DNA of 64,000 nucleotides from a virus, in IMG/VR virus record IMGVR_UViG_3300045988_183378, one strand, 5' to 3'. Shown piece after piece: positions 29,536-39,589 of the stretch; positions within the stretch are counted from its first letter, which is position 1, and each line of letters begins with the position of its first letter. The notes below the pieces were generated by a model, which searched no databases, was not told where the DNA came from, and saw nothing but the letters and a program-made list of their open reading frames with translations. Made by a program: the position numbers and the translations under genes.

Positions 29536-30470
29536 GATATGATAGACAAGCTATTGTAGATAGCATTAATATGCTAGATGTTATAAACAAGCTTAATATT
29601 AAAATTTCAAATGCTACTGCAGGAACGGATATAGTTACTGGGAATAAACGAGAAATTTTATGTCCGTTTCATAATGATAAACATTTTGGTTCAGCAAGTA
29701 TATATGTGGATTCAAAAAAGCATTTTAAGGGAATCCATTGCTTTGCTTGTGGAGAAAGTTGGAATGTAATTAAACTGGTCCAATTAAAAACAGGGCTAAA
29801 TTATGGACAGACATTAAATTGGCTTGCTGAATTATGTCCTGGAGATAAGTCAAACTACGCATTAGAAGAAGCAAATAATAAATCATCTTGGGGTATTGTT
29901 TCTATAGATTCTTCAGGAAAGTTATCTGTTAAAAATAATAATTCTAATGAAGAAAAATCTAAAGCCATTGACAATCCTATCAAAAATATATTTACATCTG
30001 AAGACTTAAAATTAATAGGAATTCAGGATTATCCATTAAATATATTTGATAAAAATGGTTCTATAATAGATTGTTTGCAATATGAACCGTCTATAATTGA
30101 TATACCGGATAATTGTGTTGCAGAAAAGGATTATGTTTATAGTACAGATAAGAAAGCTTTAAATGTAAAATTTGATGAAACTCTTGAAGCCGTTTGGTTA
30201 ATTAAAAAAAATGGCATTAACTCAAGATTTACATTCAATGATTTGATTCAGGAAAATCCAGATTGTGCAGTAAATTTGGCTTGTACACGAATTGTTTATC
30301 TAATTAAAGATAAACAGGTTATCTTGAATAAATTAGCAGGTTCTTCAAATAAAATGTTAGTTAATGTTGTTCATTTAACGAAAAAAGAAATAAAGAGACT
30401 TAAAGAATTATATAACAAAATCATGAATGCATGGCTCAAAACTGAAGAATTAAAAATTGAATATATTTAA
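29532..30470 (+). CDS. CHC2 zinc-finger protein (DnaG-primase-type Zn-binding domain), no TOPRIM seen
   Basis: CPFHNDKHFGSASIYV...IHCFACGESWNVIKLV matches primase CHC2 zinc-ribbon pattern CPFH.e.tpSf.v......yhCFgCg..Gd.i. Confidence 0.55.
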   Translation: MRYDRQAIVDSINMLDVINKLNIKISNATAGTDIVTGNKREILCPFHNDKHFGSASIYVDSKKHFKGIHCFACGESWNVIKLVQLKTGLNYGQTLNWLAELCPGDKSNYALEEANNKSSWGIVSIDSSGKLSVKNNNSNEEKSKAIDNPIKNIFTSEDLKLIGIQDYPLNIFDKNGSIIDCLQYEPSIIDIPDNCVAEKDYVYSTDKKALNVKFDETLEAVWLIKKNGINSRFTFNDLIQENPDCAVNLACTRIVYLIKDKQVILNKLAGSSNKMLVNVVHLTKKEIKRLKELYNKIMNAWLKTEELKIEYI

Positions 30471-30531
30471 TTGTGTTAAATGCATTTCTATATTAATAAA
30501 TAGAAATGCATTTTTTGTTTATCTTATTTTA

Positions 30532-30547
30532 TTTTTCAGTCATATAT
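30532..30547 (+). promoter_or_regulatory. promoter motif variant (TTTTTCaGTCATATATA)
   Basis: core 30537-30543; ATG 30581. Confidence 0.45.
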
Positions 30548-30580
30548 AAGATAAATCAATTTAAAAGGAGGACATACAGT

Positions 30581-31006
30581 ATGTTAGATTTATTTGATAT
30601 AAAAGAAGAAGACATTGACATATTTGAAAATAATATGTTTGATGAATCAATTGGAGAAACAGAGGTCTATATAGATGAAGATGAATCTTACATTTATATG
30701 GATAAAAAATTAGTGTTTGGTGAAGGTAAATATGTGCTTTTTATGGGTAGCGAATGCTATTATACAGATGACGGAATGCCTGAACCAGATTGCAATGTTG
30801 TTAGTATTTTTATTAATTCTGATAATATTGACATGAAAAATGACTGCGTATATTCAGAATTGCAGTCATCAATTGAAAGCTGTTTACATAATTTCCAGAA
30901 TATTGTTAAGTCTTACGAAAAAAGAATTAACAAAGAATTTATTCAAAGAGATATTACGGCAGCAAAAAGTTTGACTCATAAGCATACGTTTGCACTGTAT
31001 GCTTGA
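30581..31006 (+). CDS. acidic hypothetical protein (141 aa)
   Basis: ATG with RBS aaaggaggacatacagtATG inside track ORF 30506..31006. Confidence 0.4.
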   Translation: MLDLFDIKEEDIDIFENNMFDESIGETEVYIDEDESYIYMDKKLVFGEGKYVLFMGSECYYTDDGMPEPDCNVVSIFINSDNIDMKNDCVYSELQSSIESCLHNFQNIVKSYEKRINKEFIQRDITAAKSLTHKHTFALYA

Positions 31007-31080
31007 CAATAAATTTTAAACCTCCCTCCTGAATGGCTATGTGAAAACATAGCCATTTTTTATGTAAAAAAAATAAATTA

Positions 31081-31096
31081 AATATCTGTCATATTA
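31081..31096 (+). promoter_or_regulatory. conserved promoter motif
   Basis: core 31086-31092; repeat element then ATG 31224. Confidence 0.5.
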
Positions 31097-31133
31097 CTAA
31101 TGACTGGCGTAAACAAAATAATTTAAAAGATGT

Positions 31134-31190
31134 TTATCGCAATCAAGCAAGAAAGCTCCATCCGACTAATGTCGTTTGTGAGTAGTTCAT
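31134..31190 (+). repeat. 57-bp hairpin repeat element, copy 4 (5' leader of flotillin gene)
   Basis: TTATCGCAATCAAGCAAGAAAgCTCCATCCGACtAATGTCGtTTGTGAGTAGTTCAT. Confidence 0.7.
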
Positions 31191-31223
31191 GCTTATTTTT
31201 ACTAAAAGAAAGGAATAAAATTT

Positions 31224-32798
31224 ATGGGAATTGAAGTAACGATTGGAATTGTAGTAGCGGTGGTTGTAGTATTAATTGCATTATTATTTGCAAGTTATAT
31301 TAAGGCTCCGACAGACAAGGCACTTATTGTATCAGGACTTAGAAAGACACCTAAGTATGTTATCGGAAGGTCATCACTTAAGATACCATTTTTACAGAGA
31401 GTAGATAAGCTTGATTTAAAGATGATTTCTGTTGATGTAAAGACAAAGGAATCAGTACCAACAAATGAGTATATTAATGTTAATATTGATTCTGCTGTAA
31501 AGATTAAGATTGGTTCATCACCTGAAATGCTTGGAAAGGCTGCAAGTAACTTCCTTAATAAAAATTCAGATTATATCAGAGAATCAGTTGTAGATGTACT
31601 TGAAGGTAATGTCCGTGAAATTATAGGACAGATGAAGCTTGAGGATATTGTACAGGACAGAAAGTTATTTGCTGAAAAGGTACAGGAGAATGCTGCTCCT
31701 GATATGGAAAGAATGGGTCTTGAAATTGTAAGCTTTAATGTTCAGAATGTTACAGATGAAGGTAATGTTATTGAAAACCTTGGTATTGACAGGGTTGTAA
31801 GTATCAGTAAGTCAGCACAGATATCAAGAGCAGAATCAGAAAGAGATATTGCAGTTGCAAAGGCTAATGCTGAAAAGCAGGCTAATGATGCAAGAATTGA
31901 AGCTGAGACAGCTATTGCAGAAAGAAATAATGAACTTGAGATTAAGAAGCAGGAATTAAAGAGAGCAGCAGATGTTAAGAAGGCTGAAGCTGATGCGGCA
32001 TATGAAATCCAGCAGCAGGAACAGAGAAAGACAATTGAAATCACTACTGCCAATGCTAATATTGCAAAGCAGGAAAAGGAAATTGAATTAAGAGAAAAGG
32101 AAATCACTGTTAAGGAAAAAACACTTGATGCTGATATCCGTAAGCAGGCCGAAGCTGAAAAGTATGCAGCACAGCAAAAGGCAGATGCAGAACTTTATCA
32201 GAGACAGAAGGAAGCAGAAGCAAAGCAGTTTGAAATTCAGAAGCAGGCTGAAGCTAAGAAATCACAGGCAGAAGCAGACAGATTTGCTAAGGAACAGGAA
32301 GCTGAAGCAGTAAAGGCACAGGGCTTTGCAGAAGCAGAGAGTATTAAGGCAAAAGGTGTTGCTGATGCTGAAAGTATTAAGGCAAAAGGATTAGCTGAAG
32401 CTGAAGCTATGGAGAAGAAAGCAGATGCAATGGCTAAGTATGGTAAGGCTGCCATGACTGAAATGATTATCAAAGTACTTCCAGAGATGGCAGGAGCTAT
32501 TGCAAAGCCATTAGAAGCCATTGATAAGGTAACTATTATTGACAGTGGTAATGGTGAAACCGGAGTAGGTTCATTTAGCAGTAATGTACCATCAGTACTT
32601 GCAAAGACAATTGAATCTGTTAAGGAAACAACTGGTTTTGACCTTACAGAAGTAATGAAGGCTAATACATATGATGCCAAGACAACAAAGAATGTGAACT
32701 TTACAGGCATTCCAGAAGATGTTGACCCGGAGATTAAGGTAACTGTAAAGAATGTTCCTGAGAAAGTGTCTAAGTCAGAAAAGAATTCTACTAAGTAA
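31224..32798 (+). CDS. SPFH/band-7 flotillin-like protein
   Basis: N-terminal TM then YIKAPTDKALIVSGLRK...; long Ala/Glu/Lys-rich coiled-coil repeats (AEAE-KQAEA) typical of flotillins; antisense ORFs 31742..32107 and 32237..32875 are repeat artefacts. Confidence 0.75.
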   Translation: MGIEVTIGIVVAVVVVLIALLFASYIKAPTDKALIVSGLRKTPKYVIGRSSLKIPFLQRVDKLDLKMISVDVKTKESVPTNEYINVNIDSAVKIKIGSSPEMLGKAASNFLNKNSDYIRESVVDVLEGNVREIIGQMKLEDIVQDRKLFAEKVQENAAPDMERMGLEIVSFNVQNVTDEGNVIENLGIDRVVSISKSAQISRAESERDIAVAKANAEKQANDARIEAETAIAERNNELEIKKQELKRAADVKKAEADAAYEIQQQEQRKTIEITTANANIAKQEKEIELREKEITVKEKTLDADIRKQAEAEKYAAQQKADAELYQRQKEAEAKQFEIQKQAEAKKSQAEADRFAKEQEAEAVKAQGFAEAESIKAKGVADAESIKAKGLAEAEAMEKKADAMAKYGKAAMTEMIIKVLPEMAGAIAKPLEAIDKVTIIDSGNGETGVGSFSSNVPSVLAKTIESVKETTGFDLTEVMKANTYDAKTTKNVNFTGIPEDVDPEIKVTVKNVPEKVSKSEKNSTK

Positions 32799-32977
32799 AA
32801 ATATATAATTTTAAGGACAGGTTGAAGTATAATCAGCCTGTCCTTTTTATAATAAAGGCCTTGAAAATAAAGCAATATCGCATAAAGAAACTAATTTAAA
32901 GCTAAGTTAATTAAATAAGAAGCGCTGTGAATATTGATATTAAATTCCAAGATGGAATTATTGTTACTCTTGAATAT

Positions 32978-32993
32978 TTTTTCTGTCATATTT
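32978..32993 (+). promoter_or_regulatory. conserved promoter motif
   Basis: core 32983-32989; ATG 33024. Confidence 0.55.
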
Positions 32994-33023
32994 TCTTTAT
33001 CAAAATAATAAAGGAGATATTTT

Positions 33024-35945
33024 ATGAAAGTATTAAAATCAGAAGAGTTAAGAGGCAAATATCATTGTCGTCTTATGAAGAACTTAAAAAAGGAAATTGA
33101 AGTTACTACAAAGAAAAATGACAATTATGATAATGCTATTATCATTAAGCAGATTATTATGGGTTATTTAAAAGGTGAGTTTCAGATTAATGAATTTCAT
33201 GATTTAGTGTCTGAAGGTGTTGAAGAGAATAATTTACCTGCGGAAACTAATGAAGGAAGAATTAAGCGTCTTACAGAAATTCTTACAAGATATGCGTCTT
33301 GCGAAAAAAGAAAACTTGAAGTTGAAGTTGATGCTAAGGATATTCCTGTAAGTCAGGATTACGCAATTCATATTAGACCTGATGCTGTTTCTGTTAATAA
33401 AAATGAAATTGAAGCAATCAAGTTTTTTGCTTCAAAGCCCGTGGTAACTGTCTCAGGCAAGAAACAGGATTTATCTGTTTTAAAGTGTCCGGAAATATAT
33501 GCATTATATTTATATGCAAAATCATTACTTAAACCAGGTGAAAAAAAGATTATTAAAGGATCTTATTATTACTTAAGAAAAAGCACAGATACTTCTAAAA
33601 GTATGACTGATGCTGATTTCTTTTCAGGCTATGGTGGTAATGTTGTTTCATTTGAAAAAGAAGTTGAATGGGGTAAAGATAGCCTTTGTGGAGAAGAATT
33701 AGATTATATTAAGCAGATCAATTTATCTGAGCAGGGCCATATTCAGTGTACAGAAGATGATTGTAAAACATGTTCTTATAATATGCTTTGCCATTATACA
33801 AAAACTCCTGCACATTTCGAAAAGAAAACGCTTAAGAAGAGAGACAAAATTATTTTATCAGACGAACAGCAGCAGATAGTTGATTTTAGAAAAGGAATTG
33901 CAAGGGTAATTGCTACAGCCGGTGCAGGTAAAACAGAATGTGTTACTGAAAGAGGAGCACAAATGTTTGTTGAAGGTGTCAAGCCGGAAGAAATGTTATT
34001 TATAACATTTACAGACGCAGGTGCAGCAGAAATGAAAACAAGGATCGCAAGTAAGTGTTTAACTTATGGACTTTCTGTAAGTCCTGACGATATTCAGGCA
34101 ATGACTTTTAATAGTTTTGCTTATAATATTGTTAAATTTGAGTATAAGGAATTGGGATTTACAAATCCTCCTGTTGTAATTGATGATGTAAGAAATCGTA
34201 AGATTATTACTCAATTATTAACTGATAATCATATTAACGGAATCGATTACTTGAACTTTATGACAGATACACCGAACTTAAGAGGTGCATTAGCTTGTGC
34301 TGAAAAATGCTTTGAGTTGATTAAAACTGAACATGTTGATATTACACTTCCAGATGCAAATAATCAGCTTACAGAACTGTTAAGAGATAAAGGTTATTCA
34401 AGATTTATGGGCACTGGTATTGCTGTTACACAGTTAATAGATTTATATTCTGAATACCAGAAACAGCTACTTGAAGATTCACTTATTACATTTGCTGATC
34501 AGGAACCAATGATGTTTAACATTATCAATGCGCATCCGGGTTATTTAGAAAGATTAGGTTTTAAGCATATTATAGTAGATGAGTTTCAGGATTCTAATGA
34601 TATTCAGATGGATACAATAAAGGAGCTATGTAATTGTAAATGTTTTGAGTCTTTAATGGTTGTAGGTGATGATTCTCAGAGTATTTATGGGTTCAGACAT
34701 ACATCTCCGGAAAACATGATTCATTTCTTCGATAAGTTAGGCATAAAAGGTATAGATATTAATTTATCAGTTAATAGAAGAAGTACTCCTGAAATACTTA
34801 AGGTTGCAACTGATATAGAAGCACTTAATAAGGAAAGACTTATTAAAGCTATGAATCCATGTAAGGATCATGGTGCACCTGTAACAGTAAAGGGCTTTTA
34901 TAGCAAAGATGAAGAAATTGAGTATATTGTAGATACAATTAAAGAGATGTTGGATTTAAACGAACATATTCCAGAAGACATTGCAGTGCTTACATATACA
35001 AAGGCTGAACTTGTTTCTATTGGGGCCGCATTATCAAAAGCAAATATTCCTTGGGTTATGATGAATCCAATGCCATTAGCTGAAAATGGAAAGGTTAAAG
35101 CTGCATTATCTTTAGCTGATGCATTTTATCAGCCTGAAGCAGATAAGCTTTATTTAGATTATCTGGCTGCGAAATATAATGGAGAAATATTAAATCTTTT
35201 ATCATTTAATGATATTAATGATGAAATCTCTAAACTAAAGCAGCAGTTTATGAATATGGATATGATAGCGATTCCGTCTCAGAGACAAATCTTCCATAAT
35301 ATGCTTGATGCACTTAAGGGAGATGAAGGCGATGAAATCTATGAGTATTTCTTAGATTTAGTATATGCAAATGAGGATTTACAGTCTGAGTTAGAGTATA
35401 TTCAGGATTTTAAAGTATTTGGAACTAATTGCTGCAAGAAAATGGAACAGACTTACGAAGGTGTTGTACTTACAACAGCTCACTCATCAAAAGGACTTGA
35501 ATGGCCGGTTATATTTAACAGTGTCACAAAGTATGATAGCAAGCATTTGCATAGCATTCGTAATAAAGTTAATCATGAAAAAGAAATTGAGGAAATGAGA
35601 AGATTATTATTTGTTTCCTTAACCAGAGCAAAGGATGAATTATTTATAACAGGTCAATATGTTTGTTATTCAGATAAGGAACATGGAGAAATATATAACA
35701 CATTCCTTAAGGAAGTATTTGATGTAACTGATACTAATTATGTTCCTATTGATCCAAACAAGGCATTAAAGGAAGCTGCTAAGTTAAGAGAACAGGATGC
35801 TAAGATTAAAAAGGTAAGAGCTAATTCTCATGCATCTTCTCCTGCCAAAACTAAGAAGAATTCATCAGCACTTACAAAAATTGATACTAAAAAAATCGCT
35901 GCAGCGTATAGTACTAAGCCTAAAAATAAGAAGTCAGTATCTTAA
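33024..35945 (+). CDS. nuclease-helicase fusion: N-terminal Cas4/Dna2-like Fe-S PD-(D/E)XK nuclease domain + UvrD-like SF1 helicase
   Basis: Cys cluster C15 ... CKTCSYNMLC (C-x2-C-x5-C) as in Cas4/AddB/Dna2 nucleases; helicase motifs IATAGAGKTEC, HIIVDEFQDSN, VVGDDSQSIYGFR, TAHSSKGLEWPVIF, LFVSLTRAKDELFI. Confidence 0.65.
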   Translation: MKVLKSEELRGKYHCRLMKNLKKEIEVTTKKNDNYDNAIIIKQIIMGYLKGEFQINEFHDLVSEGVEENNLPAETNEGRIKRLTEILTRYASCEKRKLEVEVDAKDIPVSQDYAIHIRPDAVSVNKNEIEAIKFFASKPVVTVSGKKQDLSVLKCPEIYALYLYAKSLLKPGEKKIIKGSYYYLRKSTDTSKSMTDADFFSGYGGNVVSFEKEVEWGKDSLCGEELDYIKQINLSEQGHIQCTEDDCKTCSYNMLCHYTKTPAHFEKKTLKKRDKIILSDEQQQIVDFRKGIARVIATAGAGKTECVTERGAQMFVEGVKPEEMLFITFTDAGAAEMKTRIASKCLTYGLSVSPDDIQAMTFNSFAYNIVKFEYKELGFTNPPVVIDDVRNRKIITQLLTDNHINGIDYLNFMTDTPNLRGALACAEKCFELIKTEHVDITLPDANNQLTELLRDKGYSRFMGTGIAVTQLIDLYSEYQKQLLEDSLITFADQEPMMFNIINAHPGYLERLGFKHIIVDEFQDSNDIQMDTIKELCNCKCFESLMVVGDDSQSIYGFRHTSPENMIHFFDKLGIKGIDINLSVNRRSTPEILKVATDIEALNKERLIKAMNPCKDHGAPVTVKGFYSKDEEIEYIVDTIKEMLDLNEHIPEDIAVLTYTKAELVSIGAALSKANIPWVMMNPMPLAENGKVKAALSLADAFYQPEADKLYLDYLAAKYNGEILNLLSFNDINDEISKLKQQFMNMDMIAIPSQRQIFHNMLDALKGDEGDEIYEYFLDLVYANEDLQSELEYIQDFKVFGTNCCKKMEQTYEGVVLTTAHSSKGLEWPVIFNSVTKYDSKHLHSIRNKVNHEKEIEEMRRLLFVSLTRAKDELFITGQYVCYSDKEHGEIYNTFLKEVFDVTDTNYVPIDPNKALKEAAKLREQDAKIKKVRANSHASSPAKTKKNSSALTKIDTKKIAAAYSTKPKNKKSVS

Positions 35946-35974
35946 TCAATATTTAATACAATTGAATATAATAA

Positions 35975-36008
35975 AAAATAGCAGGTTAATTCCTGCTATT
36001 TTTTTTGT
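35975..36008 (+). terminator. rho-independent terminator
   Basis: aaaatagcaggttaattcctgctatttttttt. Confidence 0.6.
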
Positions 36009-36009
36009 T

Positions 36010-36025
36010 TCACTCCGTCATATTA
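36010..36025 (+). promoter_or_regulatory. promoter motif variant (CcGTCATAT)
   Basis: core 36015-36021; ATG 36062. Confidence 0.4.
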
Positions 36026-36061
36026 ATATATATAAACTTTTTTTAGGAAGGAATTATAATA

Positions 36062-36352
36062 ATGGACTTGAATCAAAAATTTAATATTGCAATACAATTA
36101 AACAAAGCTTTTAATACAAGAAATGAAGAAAAGAATATTGCGGTAATAAAATATAGTGAATCAACACAAACTTATTATTCGGATGAAAATTTAGCTAAAG
36201 AGCATGTAAAACAAATAACACAAAAAGATATTAATACAGCAAAAACAAAAGCTTCATTAGAAGATTGTATGCAGCAGATAAAAGACCATTTGGAAATTGA
36301 AAAATCATATCAAAATAAAAATAAGGCAAAATGGAGGTCAACTAAAAAATGA
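36062..36352 (+). CDS. hypothetical protein (96 aa)
   Basis: ORF track; stop overlaps next start. Confidence 0.4.
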   Translation: MDLNQKFNIAIQLNKAFNTRNEEKNIAVIKYSESTQTYYSDENLAKEHVKQITQKDINTAKTKASLEDCMQQIKDHLEIEKSYQNKNKAKWRSTKK

Positions 36353-37215
36353 TTAAACAAATTACAAAGATGATTGGAATAGTATTTGTTTTTCTTATTA
36401 CTCAAATTATATGTACATTGGGTGTATTTATTTTTAAATTGTTTTCTGACTCACAATGGTATGATAATTTATATGTATGTATAGAAACAGGTAATTTACT
36501 TTCATATAGTTATCTTAGTATGCTCAGTGAATTAATTATGCCTGCATTATTTGTTTCCGATATTATAATACTTGGGTTTGTTATGCTTAAAGAATATAAA
36601 GTTAATAAATCAATCATATTTATTTCAAAATTATCATTAAAAGATGTCAAGACATTTATTTTAACAGGCATTATTATGAATTTTTTAGCTTCTGTGGTAA
36701 TAGATTCCTTACCTAATAATTTGGTTTCTAATTCATATAATTCTTTGATGAATGTTGCTGTAACCGGAAATTGGCTTCAAGTACTCTTAATAACAGGTGT
36801 TATTACGCCAGTTGTTGAAGAATTAATATTTAGATACGGTATTACAAAAATAATAAAGCAAAACAAATTCTTTAAGAAACCAGATGTAAGCTCAATTTAT
36901 ATATCAGCTTTCGTTTTTGGATTAGTGCATTTTAATATTATTCAAAGCACTTATGCATTTATTTTCGGTATTATATTAGCCTATGTATATATAAAAACAG
37001 ATAATTTATTGTCCTCTATTTTAATTCATATTGGAGTTAATGCAAGTAGTGTATTGTATTCTTTTATGCCTGTTATGTTACAAAATATTTGTCTAATCGT
37101 AATGAGTATTATATTTTTCATAATTGTTATCAGAAATATTTTAGTAATAAGAAATAACAGTTCACATTCTAATGTAAATAATTTTCTGTCATATCTTCTT
37201 TATCAAACAAAATAA
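36349..37215 (+). CDS. CPBP-family (CAAX protease/Abi-like) intramembrane metalloprotease
   Basis: multi-TM; motifs VVEELIFRYG (EExxxR) and FGLVHFN (FxxxH). Confidence 0.65.
   Translation: MIKQITKMIGIVFVFLITQIICTLGVFIFKLFSDSQWYDNLYVCIETGNLLSYSYLSMLSELIMPALFVSDIIILGFVMLKEYKVNKSIIFISKLSLKDVKTFILTGIIMNFLASVVIDSLPNNLVSNSYNSLMNVAVTGNWLQVLLITGVITPVVEELIFRYGITKIIKQNKFFKKPDVSSIYISAFVFGLVHFNIIQSTYAFIFGIILAYVYIKTDNLLSSILIHIGVNASSVLYSFMPVMLQNICLIVMSIIFFIIVIRNILVIRNNSSHSNVNNFLSYLLYQTK
37181..37196 (+). promoter_or_regulatory. conserved promoter motif inside 3' end of CPBP gene
   Basis: core 37186-37192; ATG 37229. Confidence 0.5.
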
Positions 37216-37228
37216 AGGAGAATATATT

Positions 37229-38125
37229 ATGAGTGTTTTATCAAATCTGTTAGCGGCTTTTAAACCAGGAAAGCAGTTTACACTAAAAGAAGCATATGCT
37301 GTTAATCCCTCATATCCAAAAGAGTCAGTTAGAGCAAGAATTTATGAAAATTTAGGTAAAGAATTTAAGAAACTATCAAAAGGACTATATGTAACAGATG
37401 ATGTAGTTCTTATTGAAGGCGATGGAAGAGATTTATCTGTTTTTGAAAGTGAATCTATGGATTGCATAATTACTGATCATCCATGGGATGATAAGAAATC
37501 TAATAATGGTGGAACAAGACATTTAGCTCAGTATGATTGTTTTAAATATACCTTATCAGATTTTATGGAAAAAGCTAGGGTATTAAAGGAAGGCAGTTTC
37601 TTAGTAGAAATTTTACCTGCAGAAAATGAAAATAATTTTGATTATTTGTATGAGATTAAGAAGATGGCAGAACAGGCAGGGTTTAAGTATTATGCAAAAG
37701 TTGCATGGAAAAAAGGTACATTTGTAAGTAATACAGGCAGAAAAGCTAAAAATACAGAAGACATAATGATTTTTAGTAAAGGTAAGCCAAGAGCATTAAG
37801 ACCAGATAAGCAAAGAGGCGTTATAAATGGAGTACCTACCAGATTTATGAGTGGAGCTAATGGGATGCTGCCTACTGAATTTAATGTGCAGGCCATTCCC
37901 AATAAATTAAAGAATGTCCAGACAGAAAAACCAGTTGCTTTGTTTGAACAATTGTTAGAATATTTTACTTTACCTGGTGAATTAGTTTTAGATCAATTTG
38001 CGGGTAGTGGTGTTACAGGAGAAGCATGTCTTAATAAAAAAAGGAAATGTATTTTAATTGAAAAATGTAAGGAGCATGTAGTAAGTATAATAAACCGGTT
38101 AAATTTGCAATGTGCAGTAATTTAG
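37229..38125 (+). CDS. orphan beta-class DNA methyltransferase (N6-adenine/N4-cytosine)
   Basis: motif IV DHPW (DPPY-like) upstream of motif I LDQFAGSGVTG (FxGxG): beta-class order; no adjacent restriction endonuclease. Confidence 0.7.
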   Translation: MSVLSNLLAAFKPGKQFTLKEAYAVNPSYPKESVRARIYENLGKEFKKLSKGLYVTDDVVLIEGDGRDLSVFESESMDCIITDHPWDDKKSNNGGTRHLAQYDCFKYTLSDFMEKARVLKEGSFLVEILPAENENNFDYLYEIKKMAEQAGFKYYAKVAWKKGTFVSNTGRKAKNTEDIMIFSKGKPRALRPDKQRGVINGVPTRFMSGANGMLPTEFNVQAIPNKLKNVQTEKPVALFEQLLEYFTLPGELVLDQFAGSGVTGEACLNKKRKCILIEKCKEHVVSIINRLNLQCAVI

Positions 38126-38151
38126 TATGGAAAGAAAAAAAGGAGAACATC

Positions 38152-38241
38152 ATGGATAAATATATAGTAGGCATAAGAAAAGGAATAGATAGTGTAATAT
38201 TCCCTTGTATAATTGAAAAAGAAGTCGCCACAATCCTCTAA
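38152..38241 (+). CDS. small ORF (29 aa) running into IS left end; possible 5' fragment of a gene split by the IS
   Basis: RBS aaaaggagaacatcATG; stop lies inside IS left-end hairpin. Confidence 0.2.
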   Translation: MDKYIVGIRKGIDSVIFPCIIEKEVATIL

Positions 38242-38308
38242 GCTTTAGCTTAGGGGTTTAGGCGACAAAGATACAGCCGACCTAAGTCGGCAGAAAGGAG
38301 TAAGGTTT

Positions 38309-39433
38309 ATGGCAAATCGAGCAATTATATACAGATTATATCCAAACGAAAAGCAAAAGGTTCAGTTTCAGAAAACATTTGGCTGTGTTCGATTTGTTTA
38401 TAATCAGATGCTTACCGTTCAGGAAGAACGTTATAAAAATAACGAAAGCCATCTTAGTAAATTTGAGATGAACTATTATTGTAACAACGTTCTCAAAATA
38501 GAGCATGTGTGGTTAAAAGAAGTTGATAAATTTGCGTTGACAAATGCTATATATCATTTGGAAGACGGTTATCAACGTATGTTTAAACATTTAGGAAAAC
38601 ATCCCAAATATAAAAACAAACATACTGCAAAACGTTCCTATACCACCAATTTTACAAATAACAATATCAGTATTGGTGATAATTATGTAAAACTTCCGAA
38701 AGTAGGTAAAGTAAAGGCTAAAATCAGCCTTGATGTAAGCTTGTTAAAAATTAAGTCAGCTACAATCACACAAAACAGAGATGACTCTTATCAGGTGTCT
38801 ATACTTGTAGAGTATGATGAAGTTCCTATAACAGTAGGCGTAGCTACAGAGGATAATACAATCGGTCTGGATTATAAGTCAGATGGTTTGTATGTTGACA
38901 GTAATGGGGATATTGCGGATATGCCCCACTATTATAGAAAATCAGCCCATCAGCTGGCAAAACGTCAACGAAAACTTAAAAATAAAGTTGTAGGAAGCAA
39001 TAATTATTATAAGCAACAGAAAAAGGTTGCTAAAATTCACAGACATATTGCAAACCAGAGAAAGGATTATCTGCATCAAAAATCTACTGAGATAGTCAAT
39101 CAGTATGATTTTGTATGTGTGGAAGACCTTAATATGAAAGCGATGTCTAATAAAGGTTTTAGTAACGGAAAAGCCACTATGGATAATGGCTACGGAATGT
39201 TTCTTGTATTCTTAGATTATAAATTACAGGAACGAGGTGGAAAACTTGTTAAAGTGGATAAATACTACCCAAGCAGTCAGTTATGTAGCTGTTGTGGTTT
39301 TCAAAATGCAGAGTTAAAAAATTTATTCATAAGAGAATGGATTTGCCCTAATTGTGGTACTTATCACGATAGAGATAGAAATGCAGCTCTTAATATCAAA
39401 ACAGAAGGATTAAGATTGCTTGGAGCTTCTTAG
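38309..39433 (+). CDS. tnpB: TnpB (OrfB) RNA-guided nuclease of IS200/IS605 family
   Basis: N-terminal IIYRLYPNEKQKVQFQKTFGCVRFVYNQML; C-terminal RuvC/zinc-finger region CSCCGF...WICPNCGTYHDRDRNAALNI. Confidence 0.85.
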   Translation: MANRAIIYRLYPNEKQKVQFQKTFGCVRFVYNQMLTVQEERYKNNESHLSKFEMNYYCNNVLKIEHVWLKEVDKFALTNAIYHLEDGYQRMFKHLGKHPKYKNKHTAKRSYTTNFTNNNISIGDNYVKLPKVGKVKAKISLDVSLLKIKSATITQNRDDSYQVSILVEYDEVPITVGVATEDNTIGLDYKSDGLYVDSNGDIADMPHYYRKSAHQLAKRQRKLKNKVVGSNNYYKQQKKVAKIHRHIANQRKDYLHQKSTEIVNQYDFVCVEDLNMKAMSNKGFSNGKATMDNGYGMFLVFLDYKLQERGGKLVKVDKYYPSSQLCSCCGFQNAELKNLFIREWICPNCGTYHDRDRNAALNIKTEGLRLLGAS

Positions 39434-39589
39434 ATGGCTTCTTAGTCTATAAAAACATGGTAGGTGGGGACAACACCGAACCTAAAGCTTGTGGACACTG
39501 ATGGGAAAACTGCCAAAAGGTGTGATAATAACCGTAGTGGGTGAAGCAAGAATCCCCTGAGCTTTAGCTCTGGGAAGTGTCAAGCTTTT
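39434..39589 (+). ncRNA. candidate omega RNA (TnpB guide RNA scaffold) / IS right end
   Basis: GC-rich structured 3' region directly after tnpB stop, ending at right-end palindrome; position typical of omega RNAs. Confidence 0.4.

Larger units (their letters stand above)
38222..39589 (+). mobile_element. IS200/IS605-family tnpB-only element (IS1341-type), GC-richer than surroundings
   Basis: subterminal palindromes AAGCTTTAGCTT (38240-38251) and GAGCTTTAGCTC (39559-39570); hairpin GCCGACCTAAGTCGGC before tnpB; no tnpA; boundaries approximate. Confidence 0.7.

Noticed and set aside
31742-32875. Minus-strand ORFs 31742..32107 and 32237..32875 inside the flotillin gene
   Set aside because: They are antisense to the GCN-rich Ala/Glu coiled-coil repeats, which generates open antisense frames. 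They have no RBS and no promoter motif.
35830-36084. Track ORF 35830..36084
   Set aside because: It overlaps the 3' end of the helicase gene, the terminator and the promoter. Spurious.
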